Source of the DNA: a virus | Direction: 5' to 3' (one strand) | IMG/VR virus record: IMGVR_UViG_3300046703_000247 | Coordinates: 1 to 64,000 of that record | Length of the DNA: 64,000 nt | Made by a program: the position numbers and the translations under genes | The notes under the pieces: generated by a model | Told to the model about the DNA's origin: nothing | The model's input: only the letters and a program-made list of their open reading frames with translations | The model's database searches: none | Shown here: piece after piece, positions 48,158-56,353 of the stretch | Position numbering within the stretch: the first letter of the stretch is position 1 | Layout of the letters: each line of letters opens with the position of its first letter

Positions 48158-48217
48158 GCTGCTACTCCAGGGGAACGAAACCTCACGGTTTCTTTCCCCT
48201 CGCCCCCTTTCATCCCT
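48158..48217 (-). repeat. hairpin repeat copy R20
   Basis: rev-comp AGGGATGAAAGGGGGCGAGGGGAAAGAAACC-GTGA-GGTTTCGTTCCCCTGGAGTAGC. Confidence 0.85.
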
Positions 48218-48234
48218 TCGGCTAGAATCGAAGC

Positions 48235-48660
48235 ATGAACCGCCGAGGGTTCCTCTTCACAGCCTTGGGAGCACCCGCTGTTGTTGTTGGCGCGACCGCG
48301 CCCACCACGCGCTTACAACCTCCCGGCCTGCCTGTAGATCCTCAGTTTGATTTTGTCGACGGGGCACATTACTGTGCTGGGCTGTACTACGGCCGCCGGG
48401 TTGCCTTCGCTTCGCCAAATTATCCCAACCGCCTCTGGTTTTCCCGTGCCGATCCCCCGCGCCGCTTTCACGACCCCTACGGTATTGGCGACTGGGTCGA
48501 CGTCGGCGATTCATGGGACCGGATCGTTTCAGTCTATGTTTGGCACGCGGACCTGATTATTCGCAAGCTCAACAGTGAATGGCAGTTCTGCGGCGACCTA
48601 GACTGGGGCATTTTCTATTTTCTGGGTGATCCCCAACGGAGAGGAGTTCTGAGAGTATGA
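48235..48660 (+). CDS. twin-arginine mini-protein with nozzle/tail-hub beta-propeller-like fragment
   Basis: MNRRGFLF; YYGRRVAFASPNYPNRLWFSR...DRIVSV...HADLII; TAGAAT 6 nt upstream of ATG. Confidence 0.75.
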   Translation: MNRRGFLFTALGAPAVVVGATAPTTRLQPPGLPVDPQFDFVDGAHYCAGLYYGRRVAFASPNYPNRLWFSRADPPRRFHDPYGIGDWVDVGDSWDRIVSVYVWHADLIIRKLNSEWQFCGDLDWGIFYFLGDPQRRGVLRV

Positions 48661-49007
48661 ACCGCCGCGGCTTCCTGGCTATGCTGGCTGGCGCGGTGCT
48701 CGACCCCGAGCGCTTGCTCTGGGTGCCGGGGAAGAAGCTCATCTCTATTCCGGCAGAATCCGCGCCCTGGCCTTGGCGGCACGGACCGTTTCTCGTAACC
48801 GCGCACATGGAAGGTTCCAGCGACGTGGCCGCCATTATGGAACGCCTACTCAATCACCGTTGGACGATGGACCCCGTGTGGCGACAGCACGCGCAAGACA
48901 TGATTGACCGCGACATGCAACGGATTCTTCTGGGCGAGGTGCAGCAGACCATCGGGTTCTTCCGCACTTCCGAGAAACCTACTCCTTCGCTGCAGATGTC
49001 GGCCTGA
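48657..49007 (+). CDS. twin-arginine mini-protein
   Basis: MNRRGFLAMLAGAVLDPERLLWVPG; ATGA-coupled. Confidence 0.75.
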   Translation: MNRRGFLAMLAGAVLDPERLLWVPGKKLISIPAESAPWPWRHGPFLVTAHMEGSSDVAAIMERLLNHRWTMDPVWRQHAQDMIDRDMQRILLGEVQQTIGFFRTSEKPTPSLQMSA

Positions 49008-49338
49008 CAATAATAGGCGGTGTCACCTGCTGCATGACTCGTTCCATCGCCAACTCGTCGTAGGCGCTGAGCCGCTCCTGCAAGTGTTCAAAGGCGTTTT
49101 CACAGCAGCGCAGCACGTCCTCACACCAGCGGATCTTTTCTCTCTCCATCTCAGCCTTGCTCCAGAAATCCAGTTGACGAGGGACCAGAAACATCCGCTC
49201 CTGCGTCAACGCTAGGATTTGCCGCGCCAGTTGGTGCGCCACTGTTGGAGGGGGCGGCAGACGCATGCGCGGCTGAAGGGATGAAGGGGCTTCCGGGGAA
49301 GCAACCGCAGGTGGCGTCCCCGGAGGCTGCGATTTCAC
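48979..49338 (-). CDS. hypothetical coiled-coil protein
   Basis: Coupled to 49335..49517; N-terminus encoded by R21. Confidence 0.55.
   Translation of the reverse strand: MKSQPPGTPPAVASPEAPSSLQPRMRLPPPPTVAHQLARQILALTQERMFLVPRQLDFWSKAEMEREKIRWCEDVLRCCENAFEHLQERLSAYDELAMERVMQQVTPPIIVRPTSAAKE
49277..49331 (+). repeat. hairpin repeat copy R21
   Basis: AGGGATGAAGGGGCTTCCGGGGAAGCAACCGCAGGTGGCGTCCCCGGAGGCTGCG. Confidence 0.85.
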
Positions 49339-49517
49339 TTGGAATCCTTTACCAGACGATCCACCAGCTTGCTGAAGTTCAGATCCCCGTCTACCTGCAC
49401 GGTACGCTCCTCCCCGCGTTCAAAGTGATCCAGGTCCAGCTCCTGGACATAGACGAAGTCCGCAATCTGACCATGCAGCCATTCACAGACGATCTTCCGG
49501 GCAAGCGCCTCTTTCAT
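49335..49517 (-). CDS. hypothetical protein
   Basis: RBS GAGGAG upstream. Confidence 0.55.
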   Translation of the reverse strand: MKEALARKIVCEWLHGQIADFVYVQELDLDHFERGEERTVQVDGDLNFSKLVDRLVKDSK

Positions 49518-49529
49518 CAGAACAACTCC

Positions 49530-49754
49530 TCACTTCTCCCACCTGGCCAGAGCGGCCACCCTGGCAATCTCAGATCGTCGCTTTGCCGACAACTTCTTTG
49601 CCCTGGCTCTGCCGCCGGCCGCGCCGCCTTGCCGCCCAATCTCACTGAGTTGCTCAGGAGATAAGGATGCTGCGCGGGCCTTGCCTCCCTTGGAAGCTCC
49701 GAGCTTTCCCAGAGCAACCGCGTGCGGGTTTTTGTAGACCATCACGTCAAGCAT
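49530..49754 (-). CDS. small basic KGG-repeat-like protein
   Basis: KNPHAVALG.LG.SKGGKARA..LS.E..SEI.R; second repeat ending AALARW. Confidence 0.75.
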   Translation of the reverse strand: MLDVMVYKNPHAVALGKLGASKGGKARAASLSPEQLSEIGRQGGAAGGRARAKKLSAKRRSEIARVAALARWEK

Positions 49755-49848
49755 ACCGGACCCGCCCAAGACAAGCAAGAGGCTTGGCCCTGTTTTTATG
49801 CGTGACATACGCGGCTAGATCAGGCATACTCAAGCCGTGATACGAGGA

Positions 49849-49905
49849 AGGGAAGAAAAGGTTCAAGGAAAAGAAACCGCAGGTTTCGTGTCCTTGGGCT
49901 CCAGC
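49849..49905 (+). repeat. hairpin repeat copy R22
   Basis: AGGGAAGAAAAGGTTCAAGGAAAAGAAACC-GCA-GGTTTCGTGTCCTTGGGCTCCAGC. Confidence 0.9.
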
Positions 49906-49920
49906 GAAAAGGAGTTCGCC

Positions 49921-50220
49921 ATGTGGATCAACGATAAGAAACTCGAAACCGCCCAGGAACTACTGATGCTGGTCGGCCAGGCACTGGACTTGACCCCGGA
50001 AGCGATCGAACGGCTCTCGGAGGTAGACCCCCACTATCTGACGGAAGCCCGCACGGAGTTGCACAACGCCCTCGAGCGGTGGAACGACGACCACACCGTG
50101 CCGGCCTGCCTCGCCTGCGGCAGCCAGCGGGTGGACTTCGCGGGCGACGTCGGGATGTTCCGCTGCCAGGATTGCGGCGCCGAAGAGGACCGCACGGGAA
50201 AGGTGCGGAAGGCCGCCTGA
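49921..50220 (+). CDS. Zn-ribbon protein
   Basis: RBS AAGGAG; CLAC...CQDC. Confidence 0.7.
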   Translation: MWINDKKLETAQELLMLVGQALDLTPEAIERLSEVDPHYLTEARTELHNALERWNDDHTVPACLACGSQRVDFAGDVGMFRCQDCGAEEDRTGKVRKAA

Positions 50221-50222
50221 CT

Positions 50223-50570
50223 GTGCTCCGCCGCTACACCCGCCTGCGTTGCTACACCCGGCTGCGGCCGGTCCGCCTGAAGCCCCGGCGCGGACGGATC
50301 GAAGACCCGGCCTACCTGCGCTGGATCCGGTCGCAGCCCTGCATGATTCAAAACCGCGAGTGCCGCGGCGCGACCGATCCGCACCACGTCGGCCACTGCG
50401 GCCAGGCCCGGTCGAACGACCGGAACGCCGTCCCGCTCTGTAGGCTGCACCACGACGAAGCGCAAGACATTCATAACCGGCCGTTTGAAGAGCGCTACGG
50501 CGTCTCGTTTGCGGCCGCTATCCAGGAGTTGAACGACGAGTACGATGCAACCAGGAGGAAGATCGCATGA
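50223..50570 (+). CDS. DUF968/HNH-like protein
   Basis: YLRWIRSQPC...DPHH...D..AVPLCRLHH. Confidence 0.75.
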   Translation: MLRRYTRLRCYTRLRPVRLKPRRGRIEDPAYLRWIRSQPCMIQNRECRGATDPHHVGHCGQARSNDRNAVPLCRLHHDEAQDIHNRPFEERYGVSFAAAIQELNDEYDATRRKIA

Positions 50571-50791
50571 GGGACCTCGACATCCGCGTGGAGCGCAACT
50601 TCCCGCCGATCCGGGATCGGAGTTGCGACTGGTCCGCCTGGGTCAACGGCCAGGAGGAGACGACCACCTGCACGGCGGCCACTGCACCTGAAGCCCTGTT
50701 TGCCCTCGCCGAACGCATCGAAGAAACCGTTATCATTCCTCCCATATCCTTACTACCCTTCGAGTGTTCCCGTACTGACCAGCACTTATAG
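50567..50791 (+). CDS. hypothetical protein
   Basis: PPI.DRS.DWSA motif; ATGA overlap. Confidence 0.55.
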   Translation: MRDLDIRVERNFPPIRDRSCDWSAWVNGQEETTTCTAATAPEALFALAERIEETVIIPPISLLPFECSRTDQHL

Positions 50792-50844
50792 GCCGTTGTT
50801 TTTTCCGGTCCGACCGTTTAGATTTGCCACAGTGAATCTGACTG

Positions 50845-51375
50845 ATGAACGCAATAGTGGCGGCGGAAGTCGCTGGTGCGGAGCGGCTCATCCGGTTGCC
50901 CCATACCTCTGGACGGCGTAACCAAATCACCTACCTTCAGTTGCTGGAGCGCGTGACCCCGGACACGGTCTGGGGCGGCTGGCGCTTCGAAGGGCGATTA
51001 CTGCGGCATGGCGCCACGGTGCCCGCGGATACCCTCCCAAAGAAAGCACTCCTACTCGAGTGTGTCGGCAACCAGCCCGGCGGATCCGGGCACCGGCGGG
51101 CGCCCACGGTCTACATCTTATGGAGATTGCAGGGCGATGCCTGGCGGGAGGTCGCTCGGGCGGCGAGCGTTGGCCGGGACTGGACGCTCGACCTGGGGCC
51201 GATCGCCCGGCGGGAGCTCGAGCCGGCCCGTCCGGTGCTGGTCGATCCGGAGGGCGCGGCGGGGCGGGTGATGATTGCGCTCGACCGGGAACTCGAGCCG
51301 CTCAACGCCGAGGCGCGGTGTCTGGTGGCGCGGGCGGTGTACGATCGGTTCGCGTCGCGGGTGGTGGCGGGGTAG
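50845..51375 (+). CDS. hypothetical protein
   Basis: 176-aa ORF with protein-like composition. Confidence 0.6.
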   Translation: MNAIVAAEVAGAERLIRLPHTSGRRNQITYLQLLERVTPDTVWGGWRFEGRLLRHGATVPADTLPKKALLLECVGNQPGGSGHRRAPTVYILWRLQGDAWREVARAASVGRDWTLDLGPIARRELEPARPVLVDPEGAAGRVMIALDRELEPLNAEARCLVARAVYDRFASRVVAG

Positions 51376-51382
51376 TCCCGGT

Positions 51383-51802
51383 TCAGCGCGGGCCGACGGG
51401 TGGTGGCTGGGTGACGGGTGCATCTGTCCTAACGGTCATCCCAACCAGGCCGAACTTGTGTTTCTTCTTCTTCGAGTCCAGAACAATGAACCAGTCTTTG
51501 TCGCGGTAAAACTGGATGACACCGTTTACCGGCAGAATCACACTCGGTGAAGTAGCCTCGCTCCATTCGAGACGATGCGTTTCGGTTTCGACGACGACGC
51601 GGTTGGATGTTCGATAGATGGGAACCCCAACCACCGCGGTCCCGATGGGAGCGGCATAGACGCCCGCCTGTGAGGAATTCAGACTCTGGGAGAGCACTTT
51701 CGCTTTCTCCCAATTTTGCTTCTTCTCGGCCAGTGTGGCGGGAACGTATAAAAGAAGAGCGAGCGCGATGCAGGAGGTTGTTCGGAGGGTAGGGCACTTC
51801 AT
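51383..51802 (-). CDS. secreted hypothetical protein
   Basis: Signal peptide ending TLA-EKK. Confidence 0.65.
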   Translation of the reverse strand: MKCPTLRTTSCIALALLLYVPATLAEKKQNWEKAKVLSQSLNSSQAGVYAAPIGTAVVGVPIYRTSNRVVVETETHRLEWSEATSPSVILPVNGVIQFYRDKDWFIVLDSKKKKHKFGLVGMTVRTDAPVTQPPPVGPR

Positions 51803-51814
51803 ATTGGTCCACCT

Positions 51815-52003
51815 CTACGCGGATATTTTCGCCTTGAGTTCGGCGATGATCTCGCGCATTCGTTTTGGCGCGGCCTCATCGTTGTTGGCGGATGGATTCT
51901 CTTCGCCCGTCTCGATGCAACCGAAGTACTCAACGTTTTCCAGTAGGGCTTCAGCTTCCTGGAGGAGCAGCAACTGCTTTTCTTGGTGCATTATGTTGGC
52001 CAA
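51815..52003 (-). CDS. hypothetical protein
   Basis: RBS GAGAGG, short ORF. Confidence 0.4.
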   Translation of the reverse strand: MANIMHQEKQLLLLQEAEALLENVEYFGCIETGEENPSANNDEAAPKRMREIIAELKAKISA

Positions 52004-52334
52004 CCTCTCTGGACGAACGGTTCTTCTTTCCCCACCTCTTCAACGCCTCCATGGAATTTGCGGCCACTACAATCACCAGGACTGCAGCCGCCAATATCCA
52101 CAGCCACCAGAACGCGAGGGCGACCAGCCAATTGAGAGCTACAAAAGCGAGAATTAAACACGTGGCGCCAAACACCCCGAAGACAACCTCTTGCTGGTAG
52201 GCTTTACCGCGCTGCCGGATCATCCCTTCTACAACTAGGCCCGCCCCAATCAGAAACATACCAGCGATGATGCTGAGTACGAGGATCACGGTTGGCTCGT
52301 TTCTCCCGTCTTCCGTTTCCTGGTCGTTCCCCAC
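51951..52334 (-). CDS. membrane protein (3 TM)
   Basis: Three hydrophobic segments. Confidence 0.6.
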   Translation of the reverse strand: MGNDQETEDGRNEPTVILVLSIIAGMFLIGAGLVVEGMIRQRGKAYQQEVVFGVFGATCLILAFVALNWLVALAFWWLWILAAAVLVIVVAANSMEALKRWGKKNRSSREVGQHNAPRKAVAAPPGS

Positions 52335-52510
52335 CTCTTCAACGCCCCAGCCTTTCCGGCCTTGCTCGCGATCGCGCTGCGCCGCTCCGGTGTGAGCTTC
52401 TCGTTCCGTGCTTGGTTGGCACCTTGAGCAATTTCACTTCGGCGAGCGGGAGACAGCTTTCGCGCTCGTTCCCGCGCCATCTCCGCTGCCGCCGTCGAAA
52501 CAGACATCAA
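52286..52510 (-). CDS. small basic protein, paralogue of 49530..49754
   Basis: RA.KLSPARRSEIA...KLTPERRSAIA.KA....RW. Confidence 0.7.
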   Translation of the reverse strand: MMSVSTAAAEMARERARKLSPARRSEIAQGANQARNEKLTPERRSAIASKAGKAGALKRWGTTRKRKTGETSQP

Positions 52511-52514
52511 GAAG

Positions 52515-52586
52515 AGTATAGTCTCACATCCGCAAGAAAGTAAAGTGAATTCTCCTATTGACTCGCCTACGCAAGAGAGCTATACT
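52515..52586. promoter_or_regulatory. back-to-back sigma70 promoters
   Basis: +: TTGACT(52558)-17-TATACT(52581); -: TTTACT-18-TATACT(52515-52520); CGCAAGARAG present in both promoters. Confidence 0.7.
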
Positions 52587-52624
52587 AGGGCTGCAATCGA
52601 TCTTCCGAAAGGAGAAAACACACT

Positions 52625-53332
52625 GTGGCAACAACGGAAGGAGCAAGCACCCAAGCGGGGGGATACCTTCGCTTCCAAACCAACATCCCCGAAGAGGTGG
52701 CCCTGCGCTACGCCGAGGGGAAACAGGTCAAATCGCAGAACAAGGCCCCCGACGGGACACCCTGGCCCGACCAGTTGATGTTCTCGTTGGTAGACGGCCG
52801 CGTGATGTACGTTCCCCTGCACGTGGGGGAGATCATCCGCGAATTGGGCATCGGCCCCGGAGAGCGGATCAGCATCGGGAAGTTCGAAGTCAAACAGGGG
52901 AACCGGCGCGGAACCCAAATCCAAATAAAGCGGGTGGACCCGCCCGCTGAGAAGCCGGCGGCGCCGGCTGCCCCCCAGGCGGCGAAGCTAGAAGGGGCAG
53001 CGGCACGGCCAGGAACTCCAGTGCGAACCGGAACTCCAACCCAGTCTACCGCGAACGGTAATGGGAACGGAACGGCTCCGGTGAACGGCAAACCGCCGGT
53101 GAACGGCAACGGAAACGCAGCCGCAATCCCCACTAAGGTGCAGTTCGGCGACGCCATGCAGGAGTTCCTGGTGCTGGCCGGCCGCGCCACCAAGGGAGCG
53201 GAAGTCACGCTCGGCGCCGAGGGCGGCAGCGTCCGGTTCGACAGCCGGGACATCGCCGCAACCGCAACCACCATGTTCATCGAGGCGGCCCGCAACGGCT
53301 GGCTGACCTGGAGACCGGGGGGTGTGCGATGA
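52625..53332 (+). CDS. hypothetical early protein
   Basis: RBS AAGGAG, GTG start downstream of a near-consensus promoter. Confidence 0.7.
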   Translation: MATTEGASTQAGGYLRFQTNIPEEVALRYAEGKQVKSQNKAPDGTPWPDQLMFSLVDGRVMYVPLHVGEIIRELGIGPGERISIGKFEVKQGNRRGTQIQIKRVDPPAEKPAAPAAPQAAKLEGAAARPGTPVRTGTPTQSTANGNGNGTAPVNGKPPVNGNGNAAAIPTKVQFGDAMQEFLVLAGRATKGAEVTLGAEGGSVRFDSRDIAATATTMFIEAARNGWLTWRPGGVR

Positions 53333-54315
53333 CGCCCACCAACGGCCACTCGACACAATTCAGCTTTATCGACCGGATCGCCCTGCTGTTCGGCGGCTCG
53401 TTCGAGGAGCGCATGGCCCGGCTCGAAAAGACCGTGGCCGAAGGGACGGATAGGGTCCAGGGGAAGGAAACCGTAGGTGTCCTTCCCTTGGAGTCTCAGC
53501 CCCAAATACTGCCAGTCCTAGCAGTATCCCCGCAGCCCGACCTCGGTCTGAACATGGAAGTAGCCGAGATCCTGAGTCCCTCGCAGGTGAACAACTACCT
53601 GAACTGCTCAGCCTCGTGGTACTTCAAGTATTTCCGCAACCTACCCGACAAGACCGACGCCAAGCGCGCGCTAGGTAAAGCAGTCCACTCAGCCCTGGAG
53701 GGCAACTTCCGCCAGAAGATCGAGACGAAGAAGGATCTGGGCAGGGAAGAGTTGCTCGAGGCTTTCGCCTTGGCTTGGAAGAAGGAAGCCGAACTGGCGC
53801 AGTTCTCGGAAGGCGACGACCAGGCCGAACTGGAGCGGACCGGCACGGTGCTGGTTCAGAAGTACCTCATCGAAGCGGCGCCGGAGATCACGCCGATCGC
53901 CGTCGAGCACCCGGTCTCGGGAGTAATCGCCGGCGTGAAGGTCCGAGGGTACGTCGACCTGATGGACTCGAACGGCAGAATCGTAGACCTGAAGACCTCC
54001 TCGAAGAAGCCGAGCGAGATCACCCCTGGCTACAAGCGCCAGTGCACCACCTACACGCGCATCATGCCCGGCGCCTCGGGCAAGGTGACGGTCCAGACCC
54101 TGGTCCGCACCAAGACCCCGCAACTGGCCGAGCAGCACCTGACGGTCGGCCCGGAAGACGTCCGCCACATCGAAGTGATGTTCCCTCTCGTGCAAGAGGC
54201 CATGAGATCCGGCTTGTACACACCCAACCGCGAGAATATGTTCTGCTCCAAGAAGTCGTGTGCCTTCTGGAAATCCTGTCAGGACGAGTACGGTGGAGAG
54301 GTGCCGGAGTCATGA
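53329..54315 (+). CDS. PD-(D/E)XK nuclease (RecB/Cas4-like phage exonuclease)
   Basis: LSPSQ...Y..C; G.AVH; VE; GYVDL...IVDLKT; Q...Y; C...C....C. Confidence 0.85.
   Translation: MTPTNGHSTQFSFIDRIALLFGGSFEERMARLEKTVAEGTDRVQGKETVGVLPLESQPQILPVLAVSPQPDLGLNMEVAEILSPSQVNNYLNCSASWYFKYFRNLPDKTDAKRALGKAVHSALEGNFRQKIETKKDLGREELLEAFALAWKKEAELAQFSEGDDQAELERTGTVLVQKYLIEAAPEITPIAVEHPVSGVIAGVKVRGYVDLMDSNGRIVDLKTSSKKPSEITPGYKRQCTTYTRIMPGASGKVTVQTLVRTKTPQLAEQHLTVGPEDVRHIEVMFPLVQEAMRSGLYTPNRENMFCSKKSCAFWKSCQDEYGGEVPES
53442..53500 (+). repeat. hairpin repeat R23, in-frame in nuclease N-terminal extension
   Basis: AGGGACGGATAGGGTCCAGGGGAAGGAAACCGTAGGTGTCCTTCCCTTGGAGTCTCAGC. Confidence 0.75.
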
Positions 54316-54614
54316 GCGACGAATTCAGACCGCCCGCGCGCGGGCTCACAGATCAGGAGTTCATCCGGCGCGATGAGGAAGCCGACCGCCGCGCTCATCC
54401 TCCACTGGCACCCGGACTCGACACCCACCCGGCGCCCGGCTGCATCCAGGAGATGGTGGTGAAGCTGGCCGCCATCAAGACCGCCGCATTGAACGGCGAC
54501 TCGAAGGAGACCATCATCCGCCTGACGGCCGAGGCCGAGGTCTCCATACTGAGGATCTGGCGGGAGATCAACCTACTGTCCGCACTGGCGGCGCGGCCGA
54601 GGAGGTCGGCATGA
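54312..54614 (+). CDS. hypothetical protein
   Basis: ATGA overlap after nuclease. Confidence 0.55.
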   Translation: MSDEFRPPARGLTDQEFIRRDEEADRRAHPPLAPGLDTHPAPGCIQEMVVKLAAIKTAALNGDSKETIIRLTAEAEVSILRIWREINLLSALAARPRRSA

Positions 54615-54744
54615 AGACCGGACGCGAGCAATTCTGGCTCTACATGGTGCTGATTCTGGCCCTGGCTGCCAGCGCCTACATCCTGGGCAGCGAGATCACG
54701 GCCGCCTGGCACTCGACCGCGCAGCACATCGAGGAGGCGATCAA

Positions 54745-54972
54745 GTGACCCGCCTCGATAAGCCCGTGACGCGCGAAGCCAAGCAGTTTCACCGCGGCCG
54801 GCCCTTGGTGGTGAAATTGGATCCGGCCGGATACGTCGAGATCCACCCGAAAGGGAAGCGGACAGAGGTCTACCGTCTGACCTTCGACCAGATTATGCAG
54901 AGGGCCGCCTGGTTTGACGGCGCGCCACAGCGGGCGGATCGTGCCCGGGAAAGGAGGCAGGCCACCAGGTAA
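54745..54972 (+). CDS. hypothetical protein
   Basis: RBS GAGGAGG; T.L.KPVTRE...RPLVV.L.P....I..KG.R motif. Confidence 0.6.
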   Translation: MTRLDKPVTREAKQFHRGRPLVVKLDPAGYVEIHPKGKRTEVYRLTFDQIMQRAAWFDGAPQRADRARERRQATR

Positions 54973-54996
54973 GACTCCAGAGTCCGAAAACAACAG

Positions 54997-55030
54997 ACGC
55001 CGCGGTTTCCACAGGGCCGCGGCGTTTTTC
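54997..55030 (+). terminator. Rho-independent terminator
   Basis: ACGCCGCGG...CCGCGGCGT followed by TTTTC. Confidence 0.7.
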
Positions 55031-55148
55031 TATTGAGGGAAGCGGCAGGATGCACTGAATTTCGCGCACGGCCTGCGTAGGAAAGGTTCTCGCGACCAGG
55101 GTAATGGTTCTATACCCCCGAAATCGTTGTAGGGGCTCTGGCGCGACC

Positions 55149-55204
55149 AGGGAAGAGGGGTTCCAGGGGAGAAACCGTAGGGTTTCGCCCCTTGGGGCTC
55201 CGAC
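55149..55204 (+). repeat. hairpin repeat copy R24
   Basis: AGGGAAGAGGGGTTCCAGGGGAGAAACC-GTAG-GGTTTCGCCCCTTGGGGCTCCGAC, 40 bp upstream of recombinase. Confidence 0.9.
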
Positions 55205-55244
55205 CTCCCTGGCAGATTCTCCCGCGAACTGGCGACTATAAGGT

Positions 55245-55907
55245 ATGCGAGCTGCGATCTACGCCCGAGTGAGCACCCTCGATCAGAACTGCCAGATGCA
55301 ACTGAAGGAACTCCGTGAGTACTGCGAGCGCCGAGCGTGGACCATCTCAGGCGAGTACGTCGACACCGGCTGGTCTGGCGCCAAGGCCTCGAGGCCGGAA
55401 CTGGACCGGATCATGCACGACGCCGGCCAGCATCGGTTCGACGCCATCCTGGTCTGGAAGCTGGACCGCTTCGGCCGCTCGGTGTTGAACCTCTCCGAGC
55501 AGCTCGCCCGGCTGAGCTCCTGGGGGATCCGCTTCCTGGCAACCACGCAGGCCCTAGACACAGATGCCTCGAACCCGACGAGCCGCCTGATGCTGCACAT
55601 CCTGGCCTCGGTGGCGGAGTTCGAGCGTGAGATGATCCGGGAGCGCGTAAGCGCCGGCCTGAAGAACTACCGCGAGGCGTTCAAGCAGAAGCGGATTGGC
55701 CGCGATCGCCACAGCCACAGCGGCATGAACTTGGCAGTCGGCAGGCCGAAGAAGATATTCGATCGTGAGCGAGTGCTGGAGATGCGAGACGGAGGATTCT
55801 CGGTCCGCGCGATCGCGCACAAGTTCAAGATTGGCGTTGCAACCGTACAACGGCTGGTTTCGGCGCATAAAAAGGCTAAAAAGGGGCGTTCCAAAACCCC
55901 ACGTTGA
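55245..55907 (+). CDS. small serine recombinase (resolvase/invertase family)
   Basis: YARVST.DQ; LDRFGRS; AEFERE.IRER..AGL; GRP; C-terminal HTH. Confidence 0.92.
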   Translation: MRAAIYARVSTLDQNCQMQLKELREYCERRAWTISGEYVDTGWSGAKASRPELDRIMHDAGQHRFDAILVWKLDRFGRSVLNLSEQLARLSSWGIRFLATTQALDTDASNPTSRLMLHILASVAEFEREMIRERVSAGLKNYREAFKQKRIGRDRHSHSGMNLAVGRPKKIFDRERVLEMRDGGFSVRAIAHKFKIGVATVQRLVSAHKKAKKGRSKTPR

Positions 55908-56353
55908 CCCCCCACCGCCTGCAAGCGATTCTAAAGGACCTCCGCGCGCAGGTATCGGCGTTCCAAAACCTTCAGTTTTCCGAACACCCAGGTTGCGCGG
56001 AAGGGCCGTGGATATTGGAGTTGGATGATGTAATCGAGGAATCGAGGATTCGAACTTCGCGCAAAAGTTGCGAAAGAGTGCGCGGAAAAGGCTCAAATTT
56101 GGCGCCCTCCGTCCGACAAAGTTGTACACCGGATCGGGGGTCCAGAGTTTCGTTGACGCTTCAGTGGGTATTGCTTTTACGATTCTTCTGCCGCTCGAAT
56201 CGCGGCCTCAACCTCGGCGTTGAACTTCGCTACTTGTTCGAGGTCGTAACGCCAATCAGTCTTGTTGCCATCCTCGTCAAAGTCCAGCGGTGCAAGCCTT
56301 GCTGCTATTTCACCCTTTTCTTCGGGAGACAATTTCTTCATATAGCAACGGGA

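Noticed and set aside
53329-54315. Cas4 of a CRISPR adaptation module
   Set aside because: Stand-alone PD-(D/E)XK nuclease in a phage early operon; no cas1/cas2
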